DNA of 64,000 nucleotides from Arenicellales bacterium (GTDB lineage Bacteria; Pseudomonadota; Gammaproteobacteria; Arenicellales; JAANXG01): NCBI GenBank assembly GCA_965216665.1, contig OZ244194.1, positions 4,141,427 to 4,205,426 of the forward strand, read 5' to 3'. Shown piece by piece: positions 29,369 to 38,238 of this stretch (position 1 is its first letter; each line of letters starts with the position of its first letter). The notes under the pieces were generated by a model. It saw only the letters and a program-made list of their open reading frames with translations, ran no database searches and was not told where the DNA came from. The position numbers and the translations under genes were made by a program.

Positions 29369-29635
29369 ATGGTGTTAACCCAAGTACAAGCGCTCGTACT
29401 GTCGATCGCTAATGGCGCGTACCACGCCGGCCGTGGTCGTTTAATTGAGCCGTTGCCCCGAGGGCGGCGTGGCGACTCGCTGGCAGACTTTTTGGCTAGC
29501 GAGTTGCGCGTTGTTTCCAACCGCCCTCGTGGATATGAGGGAATGATCGCGGCGATTGAACGACTGGACGACGTGATCAATGAGCTGATTACCATGCGAT
29601 TCGAGATGGAATCTGTTGTGAAGCGTGTGAACTGA
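29369..29635 (+). CDS. Hypothetical protein (88 aa)
   Basis: ATG at 29369 with GGAGG 8 nt upstream. It is followed by a 10-bp GC hairpin (29663-29690) and then radC. Confidence 0.5.
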   Translation: MVLTQVQALVLSIANGAYHAGRGRLIEPLPRGRRGDSLADFLASELRVVSNRPRGYEGMIAAIERLDDVINELITMRFEMESVVKRVN

Positions 29636-29725
29636 CGAAATCGTATTCAAAACACTATTTTACCCTGCCGGGGAAAGGCCCCCGGCAGGGGTTCTCCGGC
29701 GGTTCAACCGTGGAGGTTTAGTGCG

Positions 29726-30259
29726 ATGGATAGAATGAGAAGCTTTGCAGGTAATGGAATCAACGAATTGCCGGTGATCATCAATGACGGCGATGACTTT
29801 CGCTACAGCTTCAGGCGGGCTATCACAGAAGACGAGTTGCTGCACATTGCGGCGTCGGTGCTGGCGGAAAAGCTTCGCACGATGGACGTGATCAACTCGC
29901 CGAATCTGGCCAAGGACTTGTTGAGATTTCGTCTTGGGAAGTGCGAGCGCGAGGTCTTCGCATGCCTTTGGTTGGATGCAAGACACCAGGTGATCGAGTA
30001 CCAAGAACTGTTCTTCGGCACCATCGATGGGGCTGCAGTGCATCCGAGAGAGGTCGTGAAAAGTGCTTTGCGATTTAATGCGGCTGCCGTCATTGCAGCG
30101 CACTGTCACCCCAGTGGTAATCCCGAGCCCAGTCATGCCGACGTTCAGATGACGCGACGGCTCAAGGACGCTTTGGCGCTCGTGGATATTCGCCTACTCG
30201 ACCACATCGTGGTGACGGCGATTGAAACCGTATCATTTTCGGAACGTGGGATGTTGTGA
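29726..30259 (+). CDS. radC: RadC-like JAB/MPN domain protein
   Basis: 177 aa. It has the JAMM-type motif AHCHPSGNPEPSHADVQMTRRL and the RadC C-terminal domain layout. Confidence 0.85.
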   Translation: MDRMRSFAGNGINELPVIINDGDDFRYSFRRAITEDELLHIAASVLAEKLRTMDVINSPNLAKDLLRFRLGKCEREVFACLWLDARHQVIEYQELFFGTIDGAAVHPREVVKSALRFNAAAVIAAHCHPSGNPEPSHADVQMTRRLKDALALVDIRLLDHIVVTAIETVSFSERGML

Positions 30260-30390
30260 GCGGGAGGTACTCTAAATTCCCGTAGGCTAAAGGGGGCAGA
30301 CACTAGAGCGCCGCCAGGAGTGGTGAAGAGCGCTGTTCTAGACCTGTCTGTGGGTATCTCGTGCTACGAGTCGTGTACGTAACTGGAGAG

Positions 30391-30421
30391 CCCCGCCATC
30401 CGGCGGGGTTCTCGTCATTTT
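30391..30421 (+). terminator. Rho-independent terminator after radC
   Basis: CCCCGCC-ATCC-GGCGGGG followed by TTCTCGTCATTTT. Confidence 0.65.
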
Positions 30422-30736
30422 AATGGACCAGTGATGTGGTCACGTACCAGAAATAGGGTTTACTTCGTGTTCAACTGCCGATGGTCTAATTCGAGGTAAG
30501 GCGATTCATTCGGAAAAATCCTATCGAGTCGATCGGAAAAATCCGAGGTGAACAACTTCTGTGCTCTGATGGTGGTCCGACGCGTGGCTAGGCAGAATGT
30601 TTGGCAACCTTTGAACGTCTTGAGCACCAAGGTCTGCCCGACGGACGGACAGTTTTGTTAGGAATTGTTAAGCGGTATTTACACCGTTTATTCGGGCCGG
30701 TATAACGCCGCCCACTGCAATCAAAAGGATTTGGCC

Positions 30737-32392
30737 ATGCGGATTCCCGTCCGACAACTGTTTTTTCCTCAACTCCGACAACGTCATCCTTTCGATTCGA
30801 TTCCATCAGGTAAGCTGAAGCGAACCTGTTGCGGGTTTGCGCTGTTGGCTCTAGGCGGTCTATCCGTCGGCACAGCCTCGGCGGCCCAGAAGTTTCAATA
30901 CAAGGGCATGACGTACGACACCTTGACCGAAGCCGAGTCGGTGATGCGTGCGGAAAGTCCGCAACATAGCCACTTGGAGCTGGACTCCGTACAAGGCAAC
31001 ACCTATCACTATTCCGTTCCGCCTGTACCGACACAACCCGGACTGGGATGGAAGGGGGAACGGGTGCGCGGGGCTTACAGCAGCGGTTGGCCCACAGAGC
31101 TGTCCGCTGCGTTTCAAACGTTTGACGAAGCCCTGGCCTGGACCGAACAGCAAGCGGCCACGCCAGGATGGCATTGGGCTCATCCGAACCTGATCGTCTC
31201 AGACGACTTGCAGCAATACAAAGAGGGAATCATCGACGGTAAGATTTGGCGATACTACGCCCACAGGTTGCCTTTCTTCCAGAATCCCGGTCCTTCTGGA
31301 GGTAGCGGAAGTTGTAGCGCATGGACGCCCGGCGTGGTCGAGTCCCGATTCGGGCCCGGTGATCAACATTATACGTACGGTTTGGATCACATGTTTCCCG
31401 ATCCTTTGGTGATCGCAACAGCCGGGTTCAACAATTGTCTCGTCAATGGTGTTTATTATCGTGTAAAGGGGTTTCCCCTGTTGCGCGTTATTCAGGTGGA
31501 CATACCGAACGCGTGCCCGCCGGACTACACCCCGTCCGGTAGCGTTTGCGTGATCACGGTCACTGAGGTCATTCTGGCCGTGGACGGTAATCCCAAGGAA
31601 CTCGGTGGGAGCTGCAATAACGATTTCAATCCCTGTAACGTTGCGACCGGCAACAAATACGAGTCCGAAACGGACTACCGTGCGACGAACGGGCTGGCCT
31701 TCGTTCGCCATTACAACAGCCAGGACACACAGAATCGGGGTTTGGGCGTCGGCTGGACCTCGAACCTGCATCGGTCGCTGGAAATCAGTGGCACGAGCCT
31801 GACGGTCCGACAGGCCGACGGACGGGGCGAGCCGTGGGTCGACAATGCCGGGACGTGGACCGGTGATCCCGATACGAAACTCCAGCTCATCAAAGACGCC
31901 AGCGGCTATACCCTCACCATGCCCGACGACCGCACCGAGCGGTATGACCTCAATGGTAAGTTGATCTCAGAAACTACGGCCACCGGGCTCACGACGTCCT
32001 ACGCCTACGACACCAACGGGCGTTTGGAGACCGTGACCGGTCCCTTCGGCCACAGCCTCACGTTGGGCTACGACTCCACAAATGGGTGGCTGAACTCTCT
32101 CACCGACCCAGCCGGGAACGTGTATCGCTATGGGTACACCACTCAAGGCAGTTCCTACGTCTTGAGCGAGGTAACGTATCCGGACGAAACGCCGGGCGAC
32201 AATACCGACAATCCCAAACGGATCTACCACTACGAAGACCCCAACTTCCCGGATTTTTTGACCGGCATTACTGACGAGAACGACGACCGTTTCTCAACGT
32301 TTGCCTATGGGGCGGACGGCAAAGCGATCTCGACGGAGCACGCCACGACCGACAACCCCGGTCCACAGGAAAAATACGAGCTGAGCTACTGA
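30737..32392 (+). CDS. RHS head 1: secreted protein with a unique N-terminal domain plus the conserved RHS N-terminal/YD-repeat module
   Basis: ATG at 30737. Sec signal KLKRTCCGFALLALGGLSVGTASA. It has a ~290-aa unique domain, then NPCNVATGNKYESETDY...RHYNS and YD repeats (YDLNGKL, YAYDTNGRLETVTGPFGH). It ends ...QEKYELSY. Confidence 0.75.
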   Translation: MRIPVRQLFFPQLRQRHPFDSIPSGKLKRTCCGFALLALGGLSVGTASAAQKFQYKGMTYDTLTEAESVMRAESPQHSHLELDSVQGNTYHYSVPPVPTQPGLGWKGERVRGAYSSGWPTELSAAFQTFDEALAWTEQQAATPGWHWAHPNLIVSDDLQQYKEGIIDGKIWRYYAHRLPFFQNPGPSGGSGSCSAWTPGVVESRFGPGDQHYTYGLDHMFPDPLVIATAGFNNCLVNGVYYRVKGFPLLRVIQVDIPNACPPDYTPSGSVCVITVTEVILAVDGNPKELGGSCNNDFNPCNVATGNKYESETDYRATNGLAFVRHYNSQDTQNRGLGVGWTSNLHRSLEISGTSLTVRQADGRGEPWVDNAGTWTGDPDTKLQLIKDASGYTLTMPDDRTERYDLNGKLISETTATGLTTSYAYDTNGRLETVTGPFGHSLTLGYDSTNGWLNSLTDPAGNVYRYGYTTQGSSYVLSEVTYPDETPGDNTDNPKRIYHYEDPNFPDFLTGITDENDDRFSTFAYGADGKAISTEHATTDNPGPQEKYELSY

Positions 32393-32420
32393 GACCGATT
32401 GCCTCTCCGTAAGGCGCGCG

Positions 32421-33707
32421 ATGACCCCTATCGATCAATCAAGAAAACTTAGGATGGTTTGTATGCGAACAGTAAGAAGAGTGAATCACGATGAATACCG
32501 GGGCCCGCGAGTGTTCACGTTGACCTCGCGGCACTCCATGTTGATTGGCGGTCTGGTTGCTGTACTGGCCCTGTGCGTCCCCCGGGTCACGTTCTCGGCC
32601 ACCATCTGGCAGTGCTGGACAGATCAGATCGAGCCATTCGTCTTTCACTATTCAACGAACTTGTCCGAGGCGTGCTACCAAGCCTCGTTTGATTGGCCCG
32701 GGCAACCCGAGATAGGTGGTAGACCGTTTTGCTACATGGCCGGCTGTCAACCTACCAGGGGATGCGTCGCACGTTACGCAACCACCTGTGATCCTTTGTT
32801 TCAGAAATCAGATTACCCTTACGACAAAACCAATACCGGTATCGTTTGCGACCCACCTCGCGACGCCAATCCGGTGACCGGCGCCTGCGAGCTGCCGCCC
32901 AAACAACTGGGGTGCTCGGCGGACGCGAGTGTCGGTAACCCGTGCGACCCGGCTTCGGGTAACAAATACCAGTCCGAAACGGATTTTCAGTCTAACGACG
33001 GGACTTTGTCTTTCGTCCGTCACTACAACAGCGGATCGATGGCGAATCACGGATTTGGGGCCGGTTGGACGTCCAATTTGCACCGGCGCCTCGAGATTGC
33101 CGGCAACACGGTGGTGGTGCGCCGCGGCACCGGCCGCGGCGCAATGTGGTCCAACACCAATACCGGTTGGACCGGGGACGCCGACTCGACCCTCCAGTTT
33201 GCCCAAGACGCCACCGGCTACACCCTCACCCGCGCCAACAACGACACCGAACGGTACGACCTAAACGGAAAACTCGTCTCGGAGACCACCGCGACGGGCC
33301 TGACGACGCAATACGCCTACGACACGAACGGCCGTTTAGAGACGGTCACCGGGCCGTTCGGGCATACGCTGACCTTTGCCTACCAACCCACCAACGGGCG
33401 GTTGGACACCCTCACCGATTCCGCCGGTAATGTGTATCGCTACGGATACACCACCCAGGGCAGCTCGTACGTCTTGAGCGAAGTGACGTATCCGGACGAA
33501 ACGCCGGGGAACACCACCGACAATCCGAAACGGATCTATCACTACGAAGACCCGAGCTTCCCGGATTTCCTGACCGGCATTACCGATGAGAACGGCGACC
33601 GGTTTGCGACCTTTGCCTACGACGCCAATGGCCGGGCGCAATCCACCGAGCACGCGGTGACCGACAACGTCCAGCCGCAAGAAAAATTCACGCTCGGATA
33701 CCAATAA
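32421..33707 (+). CDS. RHS head 2: secreted protein with a different Cys-rich N-terminal domain plus the same conserved module
   Basis: The start is ambiguous (32421, 32463 or 32538). Signal MLIGGLVAVLALCVPRVTFSA. It has a ~150-aa Cys-rich unique domain, then GNPCDPASGNKYQSETDF...RHYNS and YD repeats. It ends ...QPQEKFTLGYQ. Confidence 0.75.
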   Translation: MTPIDQSRKLRMVCMRTVRRVNHDEYRGPRVFTLTSRHSMLIGGLVAVLALCVPRVTFSATIWQCWTDQIEPFVFHYSTNLSEACYQASFDWPGQPEIGGRPFCYMAGCQPTRGCVARYATTCDPLFQKSDYPYDKTNTGIVCDPPRDANPVTGACELPPKQLGCSADASVGNPCDPASGNKYQSETDFQSNDGTLSFVRHYNSGSMANHGFGAGWTSNLHRRLEIAGNTVVVRRGTGRGAMWSNTNTGWTGDADSTLQFAQDATGYTLTRANNDTERYDLNGKLVSETTATGLTTQYAYDTNGRLETVTGPFGHTLTFAYQPTNGRLDTLTDSAGNVYRYGYTTQGSSYVLSEVTYPDETPGNTTDNPKRIYHYEDPSFPDFLTGITDENGDRFATFAYDANGRAQSTEHAVTDNVQPQEKFTLGYQ

Positions 33708-33713
33708 GGAGCA

Positions 33714-34990
33714 TTGGAAATGACGAGATACACGACTTTATTTGCCGCTTGTCTAATCGGATCCGTCCTATTCCCGGTCTCAGTGTCGGCCCAGATCACC
33801 TCTGTGGCCCCTTATCTCTATCATCACAATCTTCACCTGGTACCCTCACAAAACAGGCCGTGGGGCCCCTATACCAGTCCCTTGTCGACGTGTTTGGCGC
33901 TGCTCGGGGAGGACAACTTTACGTTTCTAGTCGCGGATCCCAACCATCCTGGTTCGTATATCTGTCATTGTCGTTCCAATCCGGGCAACGCCTGCGGTTT
34001 TGCGGATGCAAAATGCTTCGGCGACGACGCGCAGGGTTTGTGCCACACAGATACGCTACCCAACGGGGTCCAACACAGGGTGTGTTACCGGTTAACGGTC
34101 AATGCCCGATTCCTAGTGACGAAAATCCGAAACAAGCCGGCGGATGTTCTGTCGATCGCGCAGCGGCCCAGGAAACTGACGCAGTGGGCAATTCTTGTCG
34201 CGCCTCGACCGGTAACAAATATCAAGTCGAAACCGATTATGACGGCGGCGCACACCTGAGTTTCCGACGTCACTACAACAGCGATGGCATTGTCAGGCCG
34301 CTGAGTCAGTTCGGGCACGGTTCGCCGTGGCGTTCCGACTGGGACTTACGCCTTGAAATTCACACTTATGGCGCGTTGTCCACGGCGATCGTGTATCGAG
34401 CCGACGGCAAGGCGTACTTCTACAATGAAGTGAACGGCGTCTGGGTGTCGGACCCCGATGTGCGCGAGAAGTTAGAGCGCTTGACGGACAGCTCTGGGAC
34501 CCTGACGGGATGGCGCTACACCCGCCTCGACAGCACCGTCGAGGAGTACGGTGCCAAGGGCCGGATCAGCACGGTGACAGACCCGCAAGGCCGAACTTTG
34601 TCTTTTTCGCACGGCTCGTTTGATGAACCGGTTCAAAGCGTGACCGGTCCGTTTGGACACGTGCTGTCGTTCGGCTACGACAGCAAGGCACGGCTGCAGA
34701 CCCTGACCACGCCCGGCGGCGAGGTGTACGAATACCGATACAACGCCAATGGTGCACTCGAGACGGTGATCTACCCCGACGAGACCCCTGGGGATAGCAC
34801 CGACAATCCGAGGCGCACGTATCACTACGAGAACCCGAGCTTTCCGAATCATCTGACCGGGATTACCGACGAGAACGGTGATCGGTTCGCCACCTTTGCC
34901 TACGACGCCAATGGCCGGGCGCAGTCCACCGAACACGCGGTGACCGATAACGTCCAGCCGCAGGAAAAATTCACCCTGGGGTATCAATGA
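33714..34990 (+). pseudogene. RHS head 3: third paralogue, interrupted by a frameshift near 34.06-34.10 kb
   Basis: Frame of 33714 carries the signal peptide MEMTRYTTLFAACLIGSVLFPVSVSA plus a Cys-rich domain. Frame of 33749 carries GQCPIPSDENPKQAGGC...GNSCRASTGNKYQVETDY...RHYNS...TLGYQ. The two must be joined by a 1-nt shift to give a head-type protein. Confidence 0.7.
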
Positions 34991-37900
34991 TGACGATGCG
35001 AACCCTGTCCGCGCCATTCCGCCCTTTCAAGAACACTGTATTCAGGAACCGACGCATGGAAACGACTTTGTCTGCCGCTGACTCCGCCGACCGTTTGTGC
35101 CACACATTGCCCTGGGATGCCTTCAGGGTGCTGCGATCGAGATTCGCCCTGTTTCTGGTTACCGGGGCCCTGGCGCTGCCGGGCTGGGCGCAGACGACCA
35201 CCACCACGGTCACCGACCCGGTGGGGGAGGTGTGGACCTATACGTTCGAAGAGAACCTCGGGGTCAAGAACCTGCTCTCCAAGACCAGCAACACCGACGG
35301 CAAGGGCGTCTCGCAAGTTTTTGATACCAACAACAACCTCCAAGAGCGCACCGACGAGGAGGGGCGGGTCACCCAATACGGCTACAACCCCACCAACCAA
35401 CGCGATTCGATGACCGAGGCATTCGGCACGGCGGAAGCGCGCACCACCACCTACGAGTACCAGTCCCCGGACATCGATCTCATCACCAAGGTAACCGAGC
35501 CCAGTGTCGCGGCGGGCCTCAACAAGGAGACGGTGACGGTCTACAACCCGGATCTGACCGTCCAATCGATCACCATCAACGGCTTCAAGGACAACGGCAA
35601 CGCCGTCTCACGCAGCACCTCGTTCCAATACAACCCGTCCGGCCAGGTGCGGGAGATCGACGGACCGCGCACCGACGTCGCCGACCTGACCACGATCGCC
35701 TATTACGAATGTACGACCGGTGCCGAATGCGGCCAGATCCAGTCGGTCACCAATGCGCTCGGGCACCAGACCACCTACGACCTGTACGACGCCAACGGGC
35801 GGCTCAAGCAGATGACCGATCCGGTGGGCGTGGTGACCACTTACGACTACTACCCCCGCGGCTGGCTCAAGACCGTCACCCAGACCCCGCCCGCCGGCCA
35901 GGGCCCGGCACGGGTCACCCAGTACACCTACGACCCGGTCGGTCAGTTGGAGACCGTCACCACCCCGGACGGCATTGTCCTGACCTACGGCTACGACGCC
36001 GCCCACGATCTCAAGACCATCACCGACAACCTGGGCAACCAGGTGAGCTATCTCTATGACCTGAAGGGCAACCGGCGCCAGGAAGACACGAAAGACCCGG
36101 ACGGCACCCTGGTGCGCACCGTCAGCACGGTGTATGACCTGCGCGACCGGGTGGAATCCATCAATACCGCCGGGTCCCTGACCCAGCTCGTCCACGACGC
36201 CGTGGGCAACCTCCAAACCGAGACCGACCCCAACCTGAACCCGGCCACCACCCATCAATACGACCCCCTGCACCGCCTGGCGCAGACCCTCGATGCGATG
36301 GGCGGCACCACCGACTACACCTACGACATCCAGGACCGCGTCAAGAAGGTCATCGCTCCGAACGGCGCCAAGGCCCGATTCAGTTACGACGACCTGGGCG
36401 ATCTGCAGTGGGACATCATCCAGGACCGGGGCTCGGTCAACTACCAGTACGACGATGCGGGCAACATCACCCGCATCAAGGACGCCCGCAACGTGTTGAC
36501 CTACTTCAGCTACGACGCCCTGAACCGGCCCACCGGCATCGATTACCCGGGCACTGCCGAGGACGTGACCTTCGGCTACGACACCTGTGTCAACGGCACC
36601 GGGCGGCTGTGTCAGATCATCGACGAGAGCGGCACCACGGACTTTGAATACGACGTGTGGGGGAATGTCAAAAAAGAGACCGCCCTCCGGCAGGGGGTGA
36701 CCTACGTTACCGAATACAGCTACGACGCCGGGGACCGGATCCTGACCCTCACCTACCCGGATGGGCGCGTCCTGACCTACCAGCGCGACGCCATCGGCCG
36801 CATCGAGGCGATCACCAGTGTCTTGGACGGCACCCTCAATATCCTCACCGCCCGGGACTATCGGGCCGACGGGCTGATCAGAAGCCAGACCTTCGGCAAC
36901 GGGCTCGTCGAAACCCGCGGCCACGACCTGCAGGGGCGGCTCGAGACCCAGACCCTGGGCAGTCTCGTCAACTGGTCCTATGAATACGACGCCAACGGCA
37001 ACGTCAAGAAGCGCAATCAGCCGACCGAGGGCCGGGATTACGACTATGACCCCCTGGATCGTCTTACTATCGATATTGCCCAGTTGGCCACCGCGTCCAT
37101 TGCCGACTACGGCTACGGCTATGACGGCAACGGCAACCGCACGAGCCTGGACAAGAACGGGACGATCACGCCCTACACCTATGAGAACGCCATCAGCAAC
37201 CGGCTGGATATCGTCGGCACCGACGACATTGGCCTGGACCCGGCCGGCAACCTGATCAGCGACCAGAACGGCGCCCGCACCTTCACCTACAACGGTGCCG
37301 GGCGGCTCACCGAGGTGTTCGAGAGTGCGGTCCTCAAGGCCACCTTCACCTACAACGCCAACGGCCAGCGCACCCGGAAAGTCGCCGGCAGCAAGACCTT
37401 TGTGTATCTGTACGACACCGCAGGGAACCTGATTGCGGAGTACAAGAACGGCAAGCCGATCAAGGACTATATCTGGGCCGATGGGCTGCCGGTCGCGCAT
37501 CTGCAGGTGTTTAAAAACGCCTCCGGCGTGGTCAAGGACACGACCAGCACTTATCTTTTGGCCGACCATCTGGGCACGCCGCGGATCGGTACCGATCCCG
37601 CCCAGGCCCTCGTCTGGCGCTGGGACAGCGATGCGTTTGGTATTAAACAACCCGATGCCGACCCGGACGGCGACGGCAGCAACATCTGGATACATCTCCG
37701 GTTCCCGGGCCAGTACCGGGACTCCGAAACCGGGCTATACTACAACTGGAACCGCTACTACGACCCCAACACCGGACGGTACATCACCTCCGATCCGATT
37801 GGGTTGAGAGGGGGGTTAAACACATATATCTATGCTGATTCTAATCCGTTGTTCTTTTTGGATATAAGAGGGTTGGACTCTACCGAGAGATCTCCAAATC

Positions 37901-38226
37901 CGAGAAAACCGAAAATCAGTGTACCCAAGACGACAGATTTGTTATGTATTCCTGTCGGAGTGATTACATCTAGAAGGAATGAAGAAATCCGTGCATGCAA
38001 CGAAAACTTTAATCGCAATTTGGAAGTAGTTCAGCAAGGATGTAGTTTGGGTTTCGATAATTGTGAATTCGCGCTGGATATCGCTCGATGTGTCGAGAAT
38101 GCCGTTTTAAGATGCCGCTCAAAAGTCAGCAAACTTGAGCAGCAGAACGAAAAAGCGTTGGCTGAGATACGACAACGATACAAGTTTGCGGGTCCGGCGG
38201 AAGAACTTTGTGAGCTTGTGCCTTAG
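34987..38226 (+). CDS. RHS repeat-associated core-domain toxin (YD-repeat shell plus C-terminal polymorphic toxin)
   Basis: 1079-aa ORF. The ATG at 34987 overlaps the head-3 stop (ATGA). Alternative starts are ATG 35056 or GTG 35128, the latter giving the Sec signal LRSRFALFLVTGALALPGWA. There are dozens of YD repeats. The core-domain end is YLLADHLGTPR...PGQYRDSETGLYYNWNRYYDPNTGRYITSDPIGLRGGLNTYIYADSNPLFFLDIRGL, followed by a 116-aa unrelated tail. Confidence 0.85.
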   Translation: MMTMRTLSAPFRPFKNTVFRNRRMETTLSAADSADRLCHTLPWDAFRVLRSRFALFLVTGALALPGWAQTTTTTVTDPVGEVWTYTFEENLGVKNLLSKTSNTDGKGVSQVFDTNNNLQERTDEEGRVTQYGYNPTNQRDSMTEAFGTAEARTTTYEYQSPDIDLITKVTEPSVAAGLNKETVTVYNPDLTVQSITINGFKDNGNAVSRSTSFQYNPSGQVREIDGPRTDVADLTTIAYYECTTGAECGQIQSVTNALGHQTTYDLYDANGRLKQMTDPVGVVTTYDYYPRGWLKTVTQTPPAGQGPARVTQYTYDPVGQLETVTTPDGIVLTYGYDAAHDLKTITDNLGNQVSYLYDLKGNRRQEDTKDPDGTLVRTVSTVYDLRDRVESINTAGSLTQLVHDAVGNLQTETDPNLNPATTHQYDPLHRLAQTLDAMGGTTDYTYDIQDRVKKVIAPNGAKARFSYDDLGDLQWDIIQDRGSVNYQYDDAGNITRIKDARNVLTYFSYDALNRPTGIDYPGTAEDVTFGYDTCVNGTGRLCQIIDESGTTDFEYDVWGNVKKETALRQGVTYVTEYSYDAGDRILTLTYPDGRVLTYQRDAIGRIEAITSVLDGTLNILTARDYRADGLIRSQTFGNGLVETRGHDLQGRLETQTLGSLVNWSYEYDANGNVKKRNQPTEGRDYDYDPLDRLTIDIAQLATASIADYGYGYDGNGNRTSLDKNGTITPYTYENAISNRLDIVGTDDIGLDPAGNLISDQNGARTFTYNGAGRLTEVFESAVLKATFTYNANGQRTRKVAGSKTFVYLYDTAGNLIAEYKNGKPIKDYIWADGLPVAHLQVFKNASGVVKDTTSTYLLADHLGTPRIGTDPAQALVWRWDSDAFGIKQPDADPDGDGSNIWIHLRFPGQYRDSETGLYYNWNRYYDPNTGRYITSDPIGLRGGLNTYIYADSNPLFFLDIRGLDSTERSPNPRKPKISVPKTTDLLCIPVGVITSRRNEEIRACNENFNRNLEVVQQGCSLGFDNCEFALDIARCVENAVLRCRSKVSKLEQQNEKALAEIRQRYKFAGPAEELCELVP

Positions 38227-38238
38227 TGGCCATCGATC

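Larger units (their letters stand above)
31628..34990 (+). repeat. Three tandem direct repeats (~0.77-0.81 kb each, ~1.25-1.3 kb period), the conserved 3' modules of the RHS head genes
   Basis: Conserved blocks lie at about 31628-32392, 32934-33707 and 34185-34990. The last ~43 codons of heads 2 and 3 encode identical peptides (GITDENGDRFATFAYDANGRAQSTEHAVTDNVQPQEKFTLGYQ) with only synonymous differences. Confidence 0.8.

Noticed and set aside
30737-38226. A diversity-generating retroelement or an invertible (shufflon-like) switch as the explanation for the variable RHS heads.
   Set aside because: No reverse transcriptase or template/variable repeat pair is present. No inverted repeats flank the heads. 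All repeats are direct and all genes are co-oriented.
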